A stretch of 60,323 nucleotides of DNA, filler included. It is 5 parts of 5 records of this genome, joined end to end, with 100 filler letters (N's around TTAATTAATTAA, not from the genome) between each part and the next. Parts side by side here need not be neighbours in the genome. Positions count along the whole stretch, not along the records: positions 1 to 27,122 come from DRR723986_28219; positions 27,223 to 40,654 come from DRR723986_28309; 3 more parts are not named here. One strand, given 5' to 3'. The position numbers were made by a program, and so were the translations under genes. Below the pieces are notes generated by a model that did no database searches, had not been told where the DNA came from, and saw only the letters and a list, made by a program, of their open reading frames with translations. Positions 20,029-29,820 of the stretch are shown one piece after another (position 1 is the stretch's first letter; every line of letters starts with the position of its first letter).

Positions 20029-21483
20029 TTAGATTTTTTCAACCGTGAACTTCCCGTTTATTTGTCTTGTGATTCCCAAAGGATTCCCGTCTTTCAATGC
20101 GTCTGGAAGCAAATCGGCTGGCATATCCTGGAAAGCAATTGGTCTGGCGAAGCGCTTAATTGCATGAGCCCCAACTGAAGTACTATTAGCACTCGTAGTA
20201 GAAGGGAAAGGTCCGCCGTGTTGCATTGCATATCCAACTTCTACTCCTGTAGGAACCCCAGTAAATAGCAATCGACCACATTTCTCCTCCAATAGATTGA
20301 TCAGCTCCGTGTTTGCTTTTAGCTCAGTTGAATCAGCCCAAATCGTAATCGTAAGTTGTCCATGAAGTTTTTTGGCTACTTCTATTAGTTGCGCTTCATT
20401 TTCATAGACTACCATCAAAGCAAATGAACCGAATACTTCCTGCTGGAAAAGGTCATCAGCGATCCAATCAGCAGCTTTGATCTCAGCCAAAGCTGGACTT
20501 ACGTTTATCAAATGCTGAGCATCTGGCACTTTCACCCAATTCAGTTCTGAACGTGTTTTCAGATTATCTATCGCAGAATAATATGAGCTCGCGATCCCTT
20601 CATGCAGCATTGGTGAGCCAGCAGCTCCTTGCAAAGCTTCAGCTACTGCATTCTCAAATCGACCTGCTAATTCTTTTGGTACAAAGATCAGCCCTGGGTT
20701 AGTACAAAACTGTCCCGCACCCAAAGTCAGGGAGCTCACATAGCTTTGGGCCAAAGGAACGAGTTCATTGGCTAAGCGCTGAGGGAAAGTGAAAACCGGA
20801 TTGACAGAGCCCATTTCAGCATATACTGGAATAGGCTCGTCACGGTCGTTTGCTATATTAAAGAGAGATTTACCAGCACCGTATGAACCTGTAAATGCTA
20901 CTGCTTTTGCCACTGGATGCTTAACGAGATCTTGTCCCATTTTCACTCCACCTTCTACATGTGTGAAGATCCCTTCAGGCAAACCAGATTTTTTGACTGC
21001 CTGAGAAATGCAATCGCCTACAAATTTTGAAGTATCTGGATGTGCTGGGTGACCTTTGTAGATCACTGGACATCCTGCCGCCAAAGCTGAAATAGTGTCT
21101 CCGCCAGCTGTTGAAAATGCCAAAGGGAAATTACTCGCGCCAAACACTACTACCGGTCCGATAGGGATCAGCATTCTACGGATATCCGCTTTTGGCAAAG
21201 GAGTTCTTGTTGGATCTGCTGGATCAATGGTTGCTTCCACCCAAGATCCTTCTCTCAGCTGGTTAGCGAAAAGCTTAATCTGACCAGTTGTCCGGCCTAA
21301 TTCTCCATTAATTCTTCCCTCTGGAAGATTAGATTCTTTTACCGCCATCATCACAATCGCGCTTCGATTCTCTTCAAGTATTTCAGCAATTTTTTCTAGA
21401 AAATCCGCTTTTTTACTTCCTGAGAGATTTTTATACGATAAAAAGGCTTCTTGAGCAGCCGAGAAAATAAGATCGAGGTTCAT
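20029..21483 (-). CDS. Alpha-ketoglutarate semialdehyde dehydrogenase (NADP+ aldehyde dehydrogenase)
   Basis: FGASNFPLAFS, FTGS, EMGSVNP, GQFCTNPG, EVFG, HGGPFP. Confidence 0.88.
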   Translation of the reverse strand: MNLDLIFSAAQEAFLSYKNLSGSKKADFLEKIAEILEENRSAIVMMAVKESNLPEGRINGELGRTTGQIKLFANQLREGSWVEATIDPADPTRTPLPKADIRRMLIPIGPVVVFGASNFPLAFSTAGGDTISALAAGCPVIYKGHPAHPDTSKFVGDCISQAVKKSGLPEGIFTHVEGGVKMGQDLVKHPVAKAVAFTGSYGAGKSLFNIANDRDEPIPVYAEMGSVNPVFTFPQRLANELVPLAQSYVSSLTLGAGQFCTNPGLIFVPKELAGRFENAVAEALQGAAGSPMLHEGIASSYYSAIDNLKTRSELNWVKVPDAQHLINVSPALAEIKAADWIADDLFQQEVFGSFALMVVYENEAQLIEVAKKLHGQLTITIWADSTELKANTELINLLEEKCGRLLFTGVPTGVEVGYAMQHGGPFPSTTSANSTSVGAHAIKRFARPIAFQDMPADLLPDALKDGNPLGITRQINGKFTVEKI

Positions 21484-21603
21484 AGGTTTGTAAGGTTGAT
21501 TGTTAAAAGATTAAAATGAATTAGACTGAATTGGGAAATGAAAGCTCACAATATCAATTGATTGACCCATGCGTTAACCTTCCCAAATGCCTAACACTAT
21601 AAT

Positions 21604-22494
21604 CTACAATTTAGGTCGTTTAGCCAAACCATCGGTAATGATTTTCTCAACTCTTGCTCTTTCTTCTCCGATCAAGGTCAATCTTGGTGCACGTACGTGT
21701 TCAGATCCAATGCCGCAATGCTGCTCCGCAAGCTTTATGTATTGTACTAGTTTTGGATGGATATCAAGTTCCAACAGAGGGAGGAACCAACGATAGATTT
21801 CTCTCGCCTCTTCGTTTTTACCCTCGTTGATTAGGTTAAAAATTGTCACTGTTTCCTTCGGAAAAGCGCAAACTAAACCAGCAACCCAACCGTCTGCTCC
21901 CATTACCAATTCTTCCATCGCAAGCGTATCCACTCCACAAAGCAATTTGAAACGATCGCCAAAACGATTGCGCATCCGAGTCACATTAGAAATGTCACGA
22001 GTTGATTCTTTGATCGCCTCAATATTTTTACATTCTGCAAGCTCAGCAAACATGTCTATGGTTACCAGTGTTTTATAATCCACCGGATTGTTATAAATCA
22101 TTATTGGAAGATCCGTAGAATTCGCTACAGTTTTAAAATACGTAACTACTTCCCGAGCGTCAGCAGCATATCTCATTGGAGGAAGTATCATCAAACCAGC
22201 AGCTCCCAACTCTTTAGCTTTTGCCGCCCAGAAAAGTGCCTCTTGAGTTGCTCCTTCTGCTATATTCAAAATCACCGGTACTTTGCTATCAAGGTAATTA
22301 ACTGTTTCTCGGGTTAGGGTAATCTTTTCCTCCTGAGTTAGTACAGAACTTTCACCGAGGGTTCCGCCTAGAATAATTCCGTGAACTCCGGATTCCAGTT
22401 GGAAATCAATGTTTTTGAAAAATAGATCCATATCCAAACTTCCGTCAGCATGGAATTTAGTCGTTACAGCGGGGAATACACCTTTCCAGTTCAT
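21604..22494 (-). CDS. DapA-family lyase, probable delta1-pyrroline-4-hydroxy-2-carboxylate deaminase
   Basis: GTLGE, IYNNP, AIKES, GVD motifs; first gene of the Hyp operon. Confidence 0.82.
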   Translation of the reverse strand: MNWKGVFPAVTTKFHADGSLDMDLFFKNIDFQLESGVHGIILGGTLGESSVLTQEEKITLTRETVNYLDSKVPVILNIAEGATQEALFWAAKAKELGAAGLMILPPMRYAADAREVVTYFKTVANSTDLPIMIYNNPVDYKTLVTIDMFAELAECKNIEAIKESTRDISNVTRMRNRFGDRFKLLCGVDTLAMEELVMGADGWVAGLVCAFPKETVTIFNLINEGKNEEAREIYRWFLPLLELDIHPKLVQYIKLAEQHCGIGSEHVRAPRLTLIGEERARVEKIITDGLAKRPKL

Positions 22495-22507
22495 AGCTTT
22501 TTTCTTT

Positions 22508-22515
22508 CAAAATTA
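22508..22515 (-). promoter_or_regulatory. Bacteroidota -7 promoter element for the Hyp operon
   Basis: TAATTTTG on the minus strand (TAnnTTTG consensus), 13 nt upstream of the ATG at 22494. Confidence 0.5.
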
Positions 22516-22624
22516 GAGCATGAGTTAAAAGCATGAAAGTGGTCTATTAGTAAATAATGACTCTATTTTGATCAAATATTGATTAATTCTCAGTTTATTT
22601 ACTAATTCAAGCCTATTATGACAA

Positions 22625-23491
22625 ATGAGTAAAGTTATTTCCTTTCAGATTCCTAAATCTGAAAATTCATTTATACAATATCAGGAAGACCGTGGAAAGC
22701 ACTTCTACGACAGTCTCCACCAACATCCACAGGCTCAATTAACACTAATTGTAGAAGGGCGTGGCCAATTACTGGTTGGAGATTATGTTGGAAGGTTTGA
22801 GCCTGGGGATGTGTATTTGCTTGCCGAAAGTATCCCACATGTTTTCAGGAGCGATTCGGATTACTATCAGGAGGAAAGCAGTCTCAAGATAGGCGGAAAC
22901 ACTCTTTTCTTTGATTTCAAAGCTATGAATAAGGCATTCTCTGAGGTCGAAGACTTTCGAGACCTCATCCATCTCAATGAAAAAATAGCCGGATGTTTTA
23001 AGATTATTGGAGATACTAAAAACGAAATAGCAGCATTACTTGCTCGATTCGGTGAGTTTTCAGGATTGACTAGGCTAGGACATTGTATCCATATTTTATC
23101 ATTGCTAGATTTTACGTCTCCGGATATAGAGGCTTTGAATCAAATCCCCATTATGAAAACAATGACTGAGCGAGATGGCCGTAGAATGGATCAAGTGATG
23201 CGTTATATCCTGGATAACAGCAAAAGACAGATAACTTTGGAGGAAGTCGCTGAGCAGGCATATATGAGTAAGGAGGCATTTTGTAGATTTTTCAAACTTA
23301 GGACGAGAAAGACTTTTACTCAATATGTGCAGCAGCTTAGAATTACCGAAGCCAAGAAATTACTCTTAGAAACAGATTTAAGTATCTCCCAAGTCTCTTA
23401 TCAAGTGGGTTTCCAGACATTATCCCATTTCAATAAAACATTCAAAGGTCTCACTGAAATGACTCCTAAAGATTGGAGAAAATTGGAATAA
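22625..23491 (+). CDS. AraC-family transcriptional regulator
   Basis: Cupin LHQHP N-terminus, C-terminal double HTH (ITLEEVA..FCRFFK; VGF..SHFNKTFK); divergent from the Hyp operon. Confidence 0.92.
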   Translation: MSKVISFQIPKSENSFIQYQEDRGKHFYDSLHQHPQAQLTLIVEGRGQLLVGDYVGRFEPGDVYLLAESIPHVFRSDSDYYQEESSLKIGGNTLFFDFKAMNKAFSEVEDFRDLIHLNEKIAGCFKIIGDTKNEIAALLARFGEFSGLTRLGHCIHILSLLDFTSPDIEALNQIPIMKTMTERDGRRMDQVMRYILDNSKRQITLEEVAEQAYMSKEAFCRFFKLRTRKTFTQYVQQLRITEAKKLLLETDLSISQVSYQVGFQTLSHFNKTFKGLTEMTPKDWRKLE

Positions 23492-23701
23492 AAGAGCTGT
23501 CTAAAAGGCTCTATTGAGAAGAATATTCCCCAAAATAGGGTGATTAATTTGATTTTTTAATTGCTTATCTAACCTCGAAAATGGTTTGTTAAATCCTGTT
23601 AACAGGTTAATAAGAGGCTTTTAGAGCGTTATTGGGGTGCTGTATTTTTTTAGTGGCATTTGCTTTGGCAATACTGAAGAAAAAACAAACCAACATCAAC
23701 A

Positions 23702-24235
23702 ATGAAAAAGTTATTATTATCACTCACGCTCATGATGGCAGTTTTTGCTTCCTATGCACAGACTATCAGAGAAATCGAAGATATCAATGAAGATAATTCC
23801 TGGCTAAAACTTGGGCTTAATCTAGGTGTTCCAGTCGGAGACCTTGGAGATTATTCGTCTTTCGCTTTCGGGCTTGATGTAGCCGGACAGTTTATGAGAA
23901 CAGATAATTTTGGATTAGGTATCGTATCGGGGTACACGCAGTATTTTAAAAAATCAGATGTTGCAGGAGCTCAGGATTTCGGAGCCATTCCTTTAGGATT
24001 GATGCTAAGATATTATCCTCAGCCTTCAGGATTCTTTGCAGGGACTGATGTAGGATATACCTTTTTGACAGGTGATATTGCGAGTGACGGAGGGTTTTAT
24101 ATCCGTCCACAGGTAGGTTACCATAATTACGATTGGAATATTTTTGCTTTTTATAATCAAGTCTTCACTTCAGCTCCTTCGGTTGATATTCAGACTATTG
24201 GAGTAGCGGCGACTTATAATATTAGATTCAAATAA
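23702..24235 (+). CDS. Outer-membrane beta-barrel protein
   Basis: Signal peptide, alternating aromatic beta-strands, C-terminal aromatic residue (YNIRFK). Confidence 0.7.
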   Translation: MKKLLLSLTLMMAVFASYAQTIREIEDINEDNSWLKLGLNLGVPVGDLGDYSSFAFGLDVAGQFMRTDNFGLGIVSGYTQYFKKSDVAGAQDFGAIPLGLMLRYYPQPSGFFAGTDVGYTFLTGDIASDGGFYIRPQVGYHNYDWNIFAFYNQVFTSAPSVDIQTIGVAATYNIRFK

Positions 24236-24242
24236 AAATAAA

Positions 24243-24458
24243 ATGACCATGAAAAATCAACTTAAAAAGTACTCGCAGAGTGTGTTTTTATTTCTAATGA
24301 CCATGTTCTTTTCTGTAGCTGCCTTTGCTCAGGATGGTGGATTAGATATCGATGTGAATATCGGTAAGGAAGAATGGTACCAACAGCCTTGGGCTTGGGT
24401 AGTAGGTGGAGCTATATTCGTTTTAATACTTGTAGCCTTGCTTAGAAAAAGGAAATAA
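24243..24458 (+). CDS. Small membrane protein (signal peptide plus C-terminal TM)
   Basis: AFAQ cleavage-like site, WYQQPWAWVVGG TM, basic tail; followed by a terminator. Confidence 0.65.
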   Translation: MTMKNQLKKYSQSVFLFLMTMFFSVAAFAQDGGLDIDVNIGKEEWYQQPWAWVVGGAIFVLILVALLRKRK

Positions 24459-24495
24459 CAAAAAGGGTCGTTTCAACTTGAAACGACCCTTTTTG
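24459..24495. terminator. Bidirectional Rho-independent terminator
   Basis: CAAAAAGGGTCGTTTCAA-C-TTGAAACGACCCTTTTTG between convergent genes. Confidence 0.88.
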
Positions 24496-24497
24496 CA

Positions 24498-27122
24498 TTA
24501 CTCTACTTCTACACTTATGGTGTTGTCGTCAGGTATTCGATCTATCAATTTATTATATGGATCAATTCCTGCTTTTACAGGTTCACCTTTTACTCTTATA
24601 GTAAGGGTGGTTTCACCTGGTTTGAGCTTGTATTTTTGAACAAAAAGTGGATTAACCCGATCTTTTCCATTTTCATCGGTATCATCAGCTGCGAAGATTC
24701 CCACATCGATGTAATCACCTTCGTATTGAGCATCTGATTCTTGCCCTCCTGAATCCGCATAAAGTTTTTGGGACTTCAATTTCAGGGTTACATCATATTC
24801 TCCATCAGCTATTTTTGTCGCAGTCACTTCTTCTGCTTTGTTGTCATAAAGCGTGATTTTGTTCCAGGTGTCGTCCAAATAGTACATTAGACTATCAGGC
24901 GTCTTGGCTGCGAGGTGTCTATATAAGTCGGAACTTCCAGGGAAAGGTGGTGCTTGACGCAATCCAAATTCCTTGTTGAAATTGTACAGAGCTGAGTCAA
25001 TTGCTTCTTCTCCTATAAGGTCCCGAAGACCATAGAGGATCAGACTCCCTTTATTATACCATTGGTAGGCCCGATTACAATTGATGAAGACATTTTCTTT
25101 TTTACCCTCATTTGCCCTACCGCTGAGATAGTCATCCAATTCGTCTTTCAGGAATCGCTTCATGTTTTCTTTGCCATACTTACGTTCTGAAAGAATCAAT
25201 GCTGAGAATTCTGCTAAAGCTTCCGAAATTAAATTGGCTCCTCGAGTATAATTTGGAGTAATCTGATGCCCCCACCACTGATGTGCGAGTTCGTGCGCTG
25301 TCACGTAGTAGACGTAGTCAAAACTATTTGGATCAGAGAAATCTGCTACCCAACCAAAGCTTTCTGCAAAAGGGACTGTATTTGGGAATGATTGAGCAAA
25401 ACCTGCATAGCGAGGAAATTCCAAAATTCGCATTTGGCGGAATTGGAAGTCTCCGTAAGTATCAGAGAAATACTTTAACCCGTCCTTGTAGGAGTTTACA
25501 AAGCGATCAAGGTTGTAATCATGACCCTTCTGATAGTAAATTTCTATATCCACTTCCTTTCCTGAGGTCAAAGTTGCCTTATCACGAAGGACTTCATATT
25601 CGGCAGAAAGAACTGAGAAAAATGACTGAATAGGGGTATCCTGAATGTAATGGAAATAGCGACGATCACCTTCGGTCCATTCCTTTTGCAAATAACCGGG
25701 TGCGATTGCAATTTGACTCGGTATGGTGCTGACTGTGGCCTCGAATTGTATCAAATCGGCTTCATCAGCGAATAAGAGTGTGTTTTTGCCATAAGGATCG
25801 TCATGAGGAGGTAGATCTTCCAGTTTTTCAGGAAGATCATATTCTCTTCTTTTTTCATCACTGTTAAGTTCGCCATCAGCTGAATAACCAATTTCAGGCA
25901 TTCCGCCAGCGATAAAGCTTCCGTTATAAACCAATTCACGCCCAAAGCCAGAATTAGGGAATCCATCATTAGTCACTTTACTTTTGATCACAAGGTCCAG
26001 CGTGTCTCCTGGCATCATGGTCTCTGGTAAAGCAGTGATTTTATACCATTCTCGGTCCGGCTTTTTACCGAAAATCTGAAATTTGGCAGGTTCATAGACC
26101 AAAGGGAAACGGTATGGCAGACTTGTTCCTTGGTAAAGAATTTCAAAATCCGTCAAGCTGGTGCTATTAAAATGTACTGAGTCAATTGGTTCATTGGTTT
26201 TATTTACCATTTGAACAGCAGCTTCAAAATAGGCATCCCGCTCCATTGGAAAAAGGTCTGCTTTGAGGTTGACTTTGGTTATTTTAGGTTGAGCCATAAA
26301 CTCATATTGCTTCAACTGCTTTTCATAGGCCACCTGTCGTAACTCACCCTCATCGCTGGTTCGGTAGCTATTTTCATAAACTACAGCATTGAAAATATAG
26401 GCGCCAGAGGCGATTCCTATCAGTAGGAAAATGTATGCTGCTATGGAAGTTTTCTGAGTCAGGCGACTTTTGGCAGTTCTCCAGGTGTTTTTCCAGGAAT
26501 TCTCTGTTCCTCTGCTGTAGAAAATGCTGAAGAAAAGAATTAGGAATAAGCCGATTGCTGTCCAATAGAGGTTAAACCAAAATAGTGGTTCTCCAAAATG
26601 CCCTAGTCCATTCATATCGCTCCAGCGATAGCCAGGCTTATAAGAAAAGAAGAATGGGTTGAAATCATATCCTGCGAAGTCGCGCAACACGATCATCACC
26701 ATCCAAATACCAATAGCTGCCGCGTGACCTGCAAATTTATTATTGACCACCAAGTGCACCGCAAATACCAGCATCACCATTTGTAGGTAATCAGGCAGGG
26801 AAATTAAGTAACTATCGACGAGATAAACTCCCAAATCGTAATTGAAATATCCCTTAAGTGTTTGAACTAGTAATCCCACAATAATTGGAATGGTTGCCAG
26901 CATTAAGCAGATAAATGCCATTCCTGCAAATTTGGAAGCGATTACGGTTCCGTCTTTGACAGGGAAAGTGTCATTGATTACTGAATATCCGGATGACTTG
27001 TCGCGATGCAAACTTTCTCCGGTGAAAAACACAATGATAATGAATACAAAGAGGTTGTAATCAAAGGTTTTATACTCCATTAAAAAGGAAGTAGATGGAA
27101 AATTAGGTACACTGTACAGTGT
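24498..27122 (-). CDS. ABC-2-type membrane domain fused to an M1 zinc aminopeptidase (5'-partial)
   Basis: N-terminal TM helices, then FAQSFP, HELAHQWWG-x-E (HExxH+E) and WYNKG; frame stays open to the contig edge. Confidence 0.85.
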   Translation of the reverse strand, partial: TLYSVPNFPSTSFLMEYKTFDYNLFVFIIIVFFTGESLHRDKSSGYSVINDTFPVKDGTVIASKFAGMAFICLMLATIPIIVGLLVQTLKGYFNYDLGVYLVDSYLISLPDYLQMVMLVFAVHLVVNNKFAGHAAAIGIWMVMIVLRDFAGYDFNPFFFSYKPGYRWSDMNGLGHFGEPLFWFNLYWTAIGLFLILFFSIFYSRGTENSWKNTWRTAKSRLTQKTSIAAYIFLLIGIASGAYIFNAVVYENSYRTSDEGELRQVAYEKQLKQYEFMAQPKITKVNLKADLFPMERDAYFEAAVQMVNKTNEPIDSVHFNSTSLTDFEILYQGTSLPYRFPLVYEPAKFQIFGKKPDREWYKITALPETMMPGDTLDLVIKSKVTNDGFPNSGFGRELVYNGSFIAGGMPEIGYSADGELNSDEKRREYDLPEKLEDLPPHDDPYGKNTLLFADEADLIQFEATVSTIPSQIAIAPGYLQKEWTEGDRRYFHYIQDTPIQSFFSVLSAEYEVLRDKATLTSGKEVDIEIYYQKGHDYNLDRFVNSYKDGLKYFSDTYGDFQFRQMRILEFPRYAGFAQSFPNTVPFAESFGWVADFSDPNSFDYVYYVTAHELAHQWWGHQITPNYTRGANLISEALAEFSALILSERKYGKENMKRFLKDELDDYLSGRANEGKKENVFINCNRAYQWYNKGSLILYGLRDLIGEEAIDSALYNFNKEFGLRQAPPFPGSSDLYRHLAAKTPDSLMYYLDDTWNKITLYDNKAEEVTATKIADGEYDVTLKLKSQKLYADSGGQESDAQYEGDYIDVGIFAADDTDENGKDRVNPLFVQKYKLKPGETTLTIRVKGEPVKAGIDPYNKLIDRIPDDNTISVEVE

Positions 27123-27222
27123 NNNNNNNNNNNNNNNNNNNNNNNNNNNNNNNNNNNNNNNNNNNNTTAATTAATTAANNNNNNNNNNNNNNNNNNNNNN
27201 NNNNNNNNNNNNNNNNNNNNNN
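27123..27222. other. Artificial contig linker
   Basis: N-run, TTAATTAATTAA (stops in all frames), N-run; 100 nt; composition changes across it. Confidence 0.98.
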
Positions 27223-28342
27223 GATCGAACGCGAAGACATGGTCGTGACCGTCACATCCGGTGGTTACATCAAACGGACCCCTCTCGCCGATTTCCGGGC
27301 GCAAAAGCGTGGCGGCAAGGGTGTTTCGGGCATGCAGACTAAAGAAGAAGACGTGATTACCACGCTCTTTGTGGCCAACACGCATACGCAACTGTTGTTC
27401 TTCACCACGGACGGCATGGTATACAAGCTCAAGACGTGGCGCCTGCCGCAAGGGGGGCGCACTGCCAAAGGCAAAGCCATTGTCAATATTTTGCCAATCC
27501 CTCCCGGGGTATCGATTGCAGCGATCATGCCTGTCGACGTGCCCGAGGATGAGTGGGAAAATCTGCAGATCATCTTTGCCACCAGCGCTGGAGATGTGCG
27601 ACGTAACGCATTGAGCGACTTTACCAATGTGAAGCGGAACGGCAAAATCGCGATGGAATTGTCGGACGATGTTGAGTTGGTCAACGCGCGCATTTGTTCA
27701 GAAGACGACGATGTGATGCTGGTGACAAACTCTGGTCGCGCAATCCGGTTCCAAACCACCGATGTACGCGTCTTTAAGGGCCGCAAATCAACCGGTGTGC
27801 GTGGGATCAGACTGTCGAGCCCTGATCGCGTTGTTTCGATGTCTGTCATTCGCCATTTCGAAGCCACCTCGGATGAGCGTGTCGCCTATCTGAAAATGCG
27901 CCGCGCCGTCGCAGGTCTGGCTGACGATGCGGAAATGCCCGACGAAGAAGAGGGCAACGCGATGGCCACGATTAGCCAAGAGCGGTACGCTGCGATGTCC
28001 GCTGCTGAAAACCTGATCCTTACCATCACCAAGGGTGGGTCTGGGAAACTCAGCTCGTCTCATGATTACCCCGTTCGGGGTCGTGGCGGCATGGGTGTAA
28101 CAGCCATGGACAAGGCCATGCGCGGCGGTGATTTGATTGCGTCGTTCCCTGTAGAGATGGACGATCAAATTATGCTCGCCACCACAAAGGGGCAGTCTAT
28201 CCGGGTGCCTGTTGATGGGATATCGTTCCGCTCGCGCAGCGCTGGCGGAGTCCGCGTCTTTAACACTGGCAAGGGAGAAGAGGTTGTCAGTGTCGCCTGG
28301 ATCGCCGAACAGGGCGACGAGGAAAAACTCGAAGAAGAATAA
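27223..28342 (+). CDS. gyrA: DNA gyrase subunit A, C-terminal beta-pinwheel (5'-partial)
   Basis: GyrA-box QKRGGKG, repeated blade motifs (GVRGI, GRGGMG, SAGGVR), acidic tail. Confidence 0.95.
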
Positions 28343-28347
28343 ATGAC

Positions 28348-28377
28348 AAAGGGTGCCAAGTTTTTGGCACCCTTTTT
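28348..28377 (+). terminator. Rho-independent terminator after gyrA
   Basis: AAAGGGTGCCAA-GTTT-TTGGCACCCTTTTT. Confidence 0.85.
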
Positions 28378-28478
28378 ATTTGAGGGTCAGAGGAACGAAA
28401 CTTTCAACCCAAGACTGGTATGAAGTTCAGCACCCTACTTTCGGAATGCTTTTTCTAACAACTTCATAAACATACGTG

Positions 28479-29720
28479 TTACTTTGAAAGTGCTGATTTC
28501 AATTGCGCAACACAGTACTTAGCTTTCTCAACTTCACCGGTTTGCAAAAATGTTTCAATTTTATGCAAAGCCTGTACGCTCATTGTTTGATCCAAAACCG
28601 AACGTTCAGCGGTGGACCGACGTCGGATCGACAGATAAGAAACGGGAACATCTTCTGCCCCCAGGCTGTATTTGTAATCTGCATCGCCGTGTCCAAAGTC
28701 ATAGCTAGTGCACTTGGCGCGGATCGATTGGCGAATGGCATAGTGATGAAGCAATGTGCCGACTCCAAGATCCTCGCATTCGGGATCTCGCCCTTCTATC
28801 ACGCTGTGCAATTTTCGCGCGTCCGGGTCAACAAGATGGGCCATTGCCCCAAGCATCTTTTCACCATCCCAAAGGCAGACGAGAAACAGCATTCCCAATC
28901 GGTGCGACCTAACTAGAAACTCTCGATACTTATTTGTTAAGGCTTTGACTTTGGATGGGCTTTTTTGACCTTCCCACTTTAGACTCCAAAGCTCTAACAA
29001 TTTATCGCAATCCGACTCGACCTGTGCGCCTTTGGATACAACGAATTTCGGCGCGCCCAACTCTGCCAGTCGTCGCTCAAACCGTCTCAGTTTTTTGCGA
29101 GATCGACGCCCCAATCCAGTGACATAGCTTTCATAATCTGGCGGCAGTGACAAAACTGGGCATACCAATTGATTGGTTTCGCCTTTGTTGATCCGATATT
29201 CAGGCCAAGAGACTGAGAAATCTTCCCTTTTCTTAAAGGCTTCTGCGAATGTGTGCGATCGGCGTTCAGTCGGTTCATATCGCAGCGACAATCGCGCCCA
29301 GGGTTCTTTGGCTATGTGTGCTGCAAGCGCCTTGATCGCTGAGGTTTCAAATTGAGGATCACAGACAAACCCAACATAATCGCTGAGCCCCAATCGGCCC
29401 GCCGCAGAGTAGTATGTTTGGAGTTCCTCATTTGTCTCGCTCCAATGCAGTGTTCGGGACAGGGGCAAGAACCCGGAATATCCAGTCGGTGCCTCTGAAT
29501 TCTGAACGGCACAGAGCCGCCACTCCCCTGGATTGGAAGAGAAAATATCGAAAAGCCAATCCCACGACAAGAACACACCCGAGTCCGGGTCCCGTTTCTG
29601 AACGTCTTTGAACGCCTCTCTGAGTGAAAGAAGGTCTTGCAAGTCATCAATGACAATGACCTTAGACAACGGGCTAACCCGCGCTGGTGACACATTGTCC
29701 ACACGCTCAAGAATACTCAT
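28479..29720 (-). CDS. GNAT-fold protein, CelD/BcsL (Acetyltransf_6) family
   Basis: FLSWDW, SDY, R..KLRR and GTLL...YDFGHGDADYKY motifs. Confidence 0.75.
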   Translation of the reverse strand: MSILERVDNVSPARVSPLSKVIVIDDLQDLLSLREAFKDVQKRDPDSGVFLSWDWLFDIFSSNPGEWRLCAVQNSEAPTGYSGFLPLSRTLHWSETNEELQTYYSAAGRLGLSDYVGFVCDPQFETSAIKALAAHIAKEPWARLSLRYEPTERRSHTFAEAFKKREDFSVSWPEYRINKGETNQLVCPVLSLPPDYESYVTGLGRRSRKKLRRFERRLAELGAPKFVVSKGAQVESDCDKLLELWSLKWEGQKSPSKVKALTNKYREFLVRSHRLGMLFLVCLWDGEKMLGAMAHLVDPDARKLHSVIEGRDPECEDLGVGTLLHHYAIRQSIRAKCTSYDFGHGDADYKYSLGAEDVPVSYLSIRRRSTAERSVLDQTMSVQALHKIETFLQTGEVEKAKYCVAQLKSALSK

Positions 29721-29820
29721 GCGAAATCCCCGCTACTCATAAATACCGGGGCCAAAGATCGCAAAAAAATGCGGCACAAGTTTGGCCGCATTTCGCAGGT
29801 TTTAGGACAAATCTCGGGAC

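Noticed and set aside
27123-27222. TTAATTAATTAA flanked by Ns, four times in the window, as a biological repeat
   Set aside because: Identical 100-nt all-frame-stop linkers; these are artificial joins, and ORFs crossing them (27167-27451, 45249-45989) are artefacts
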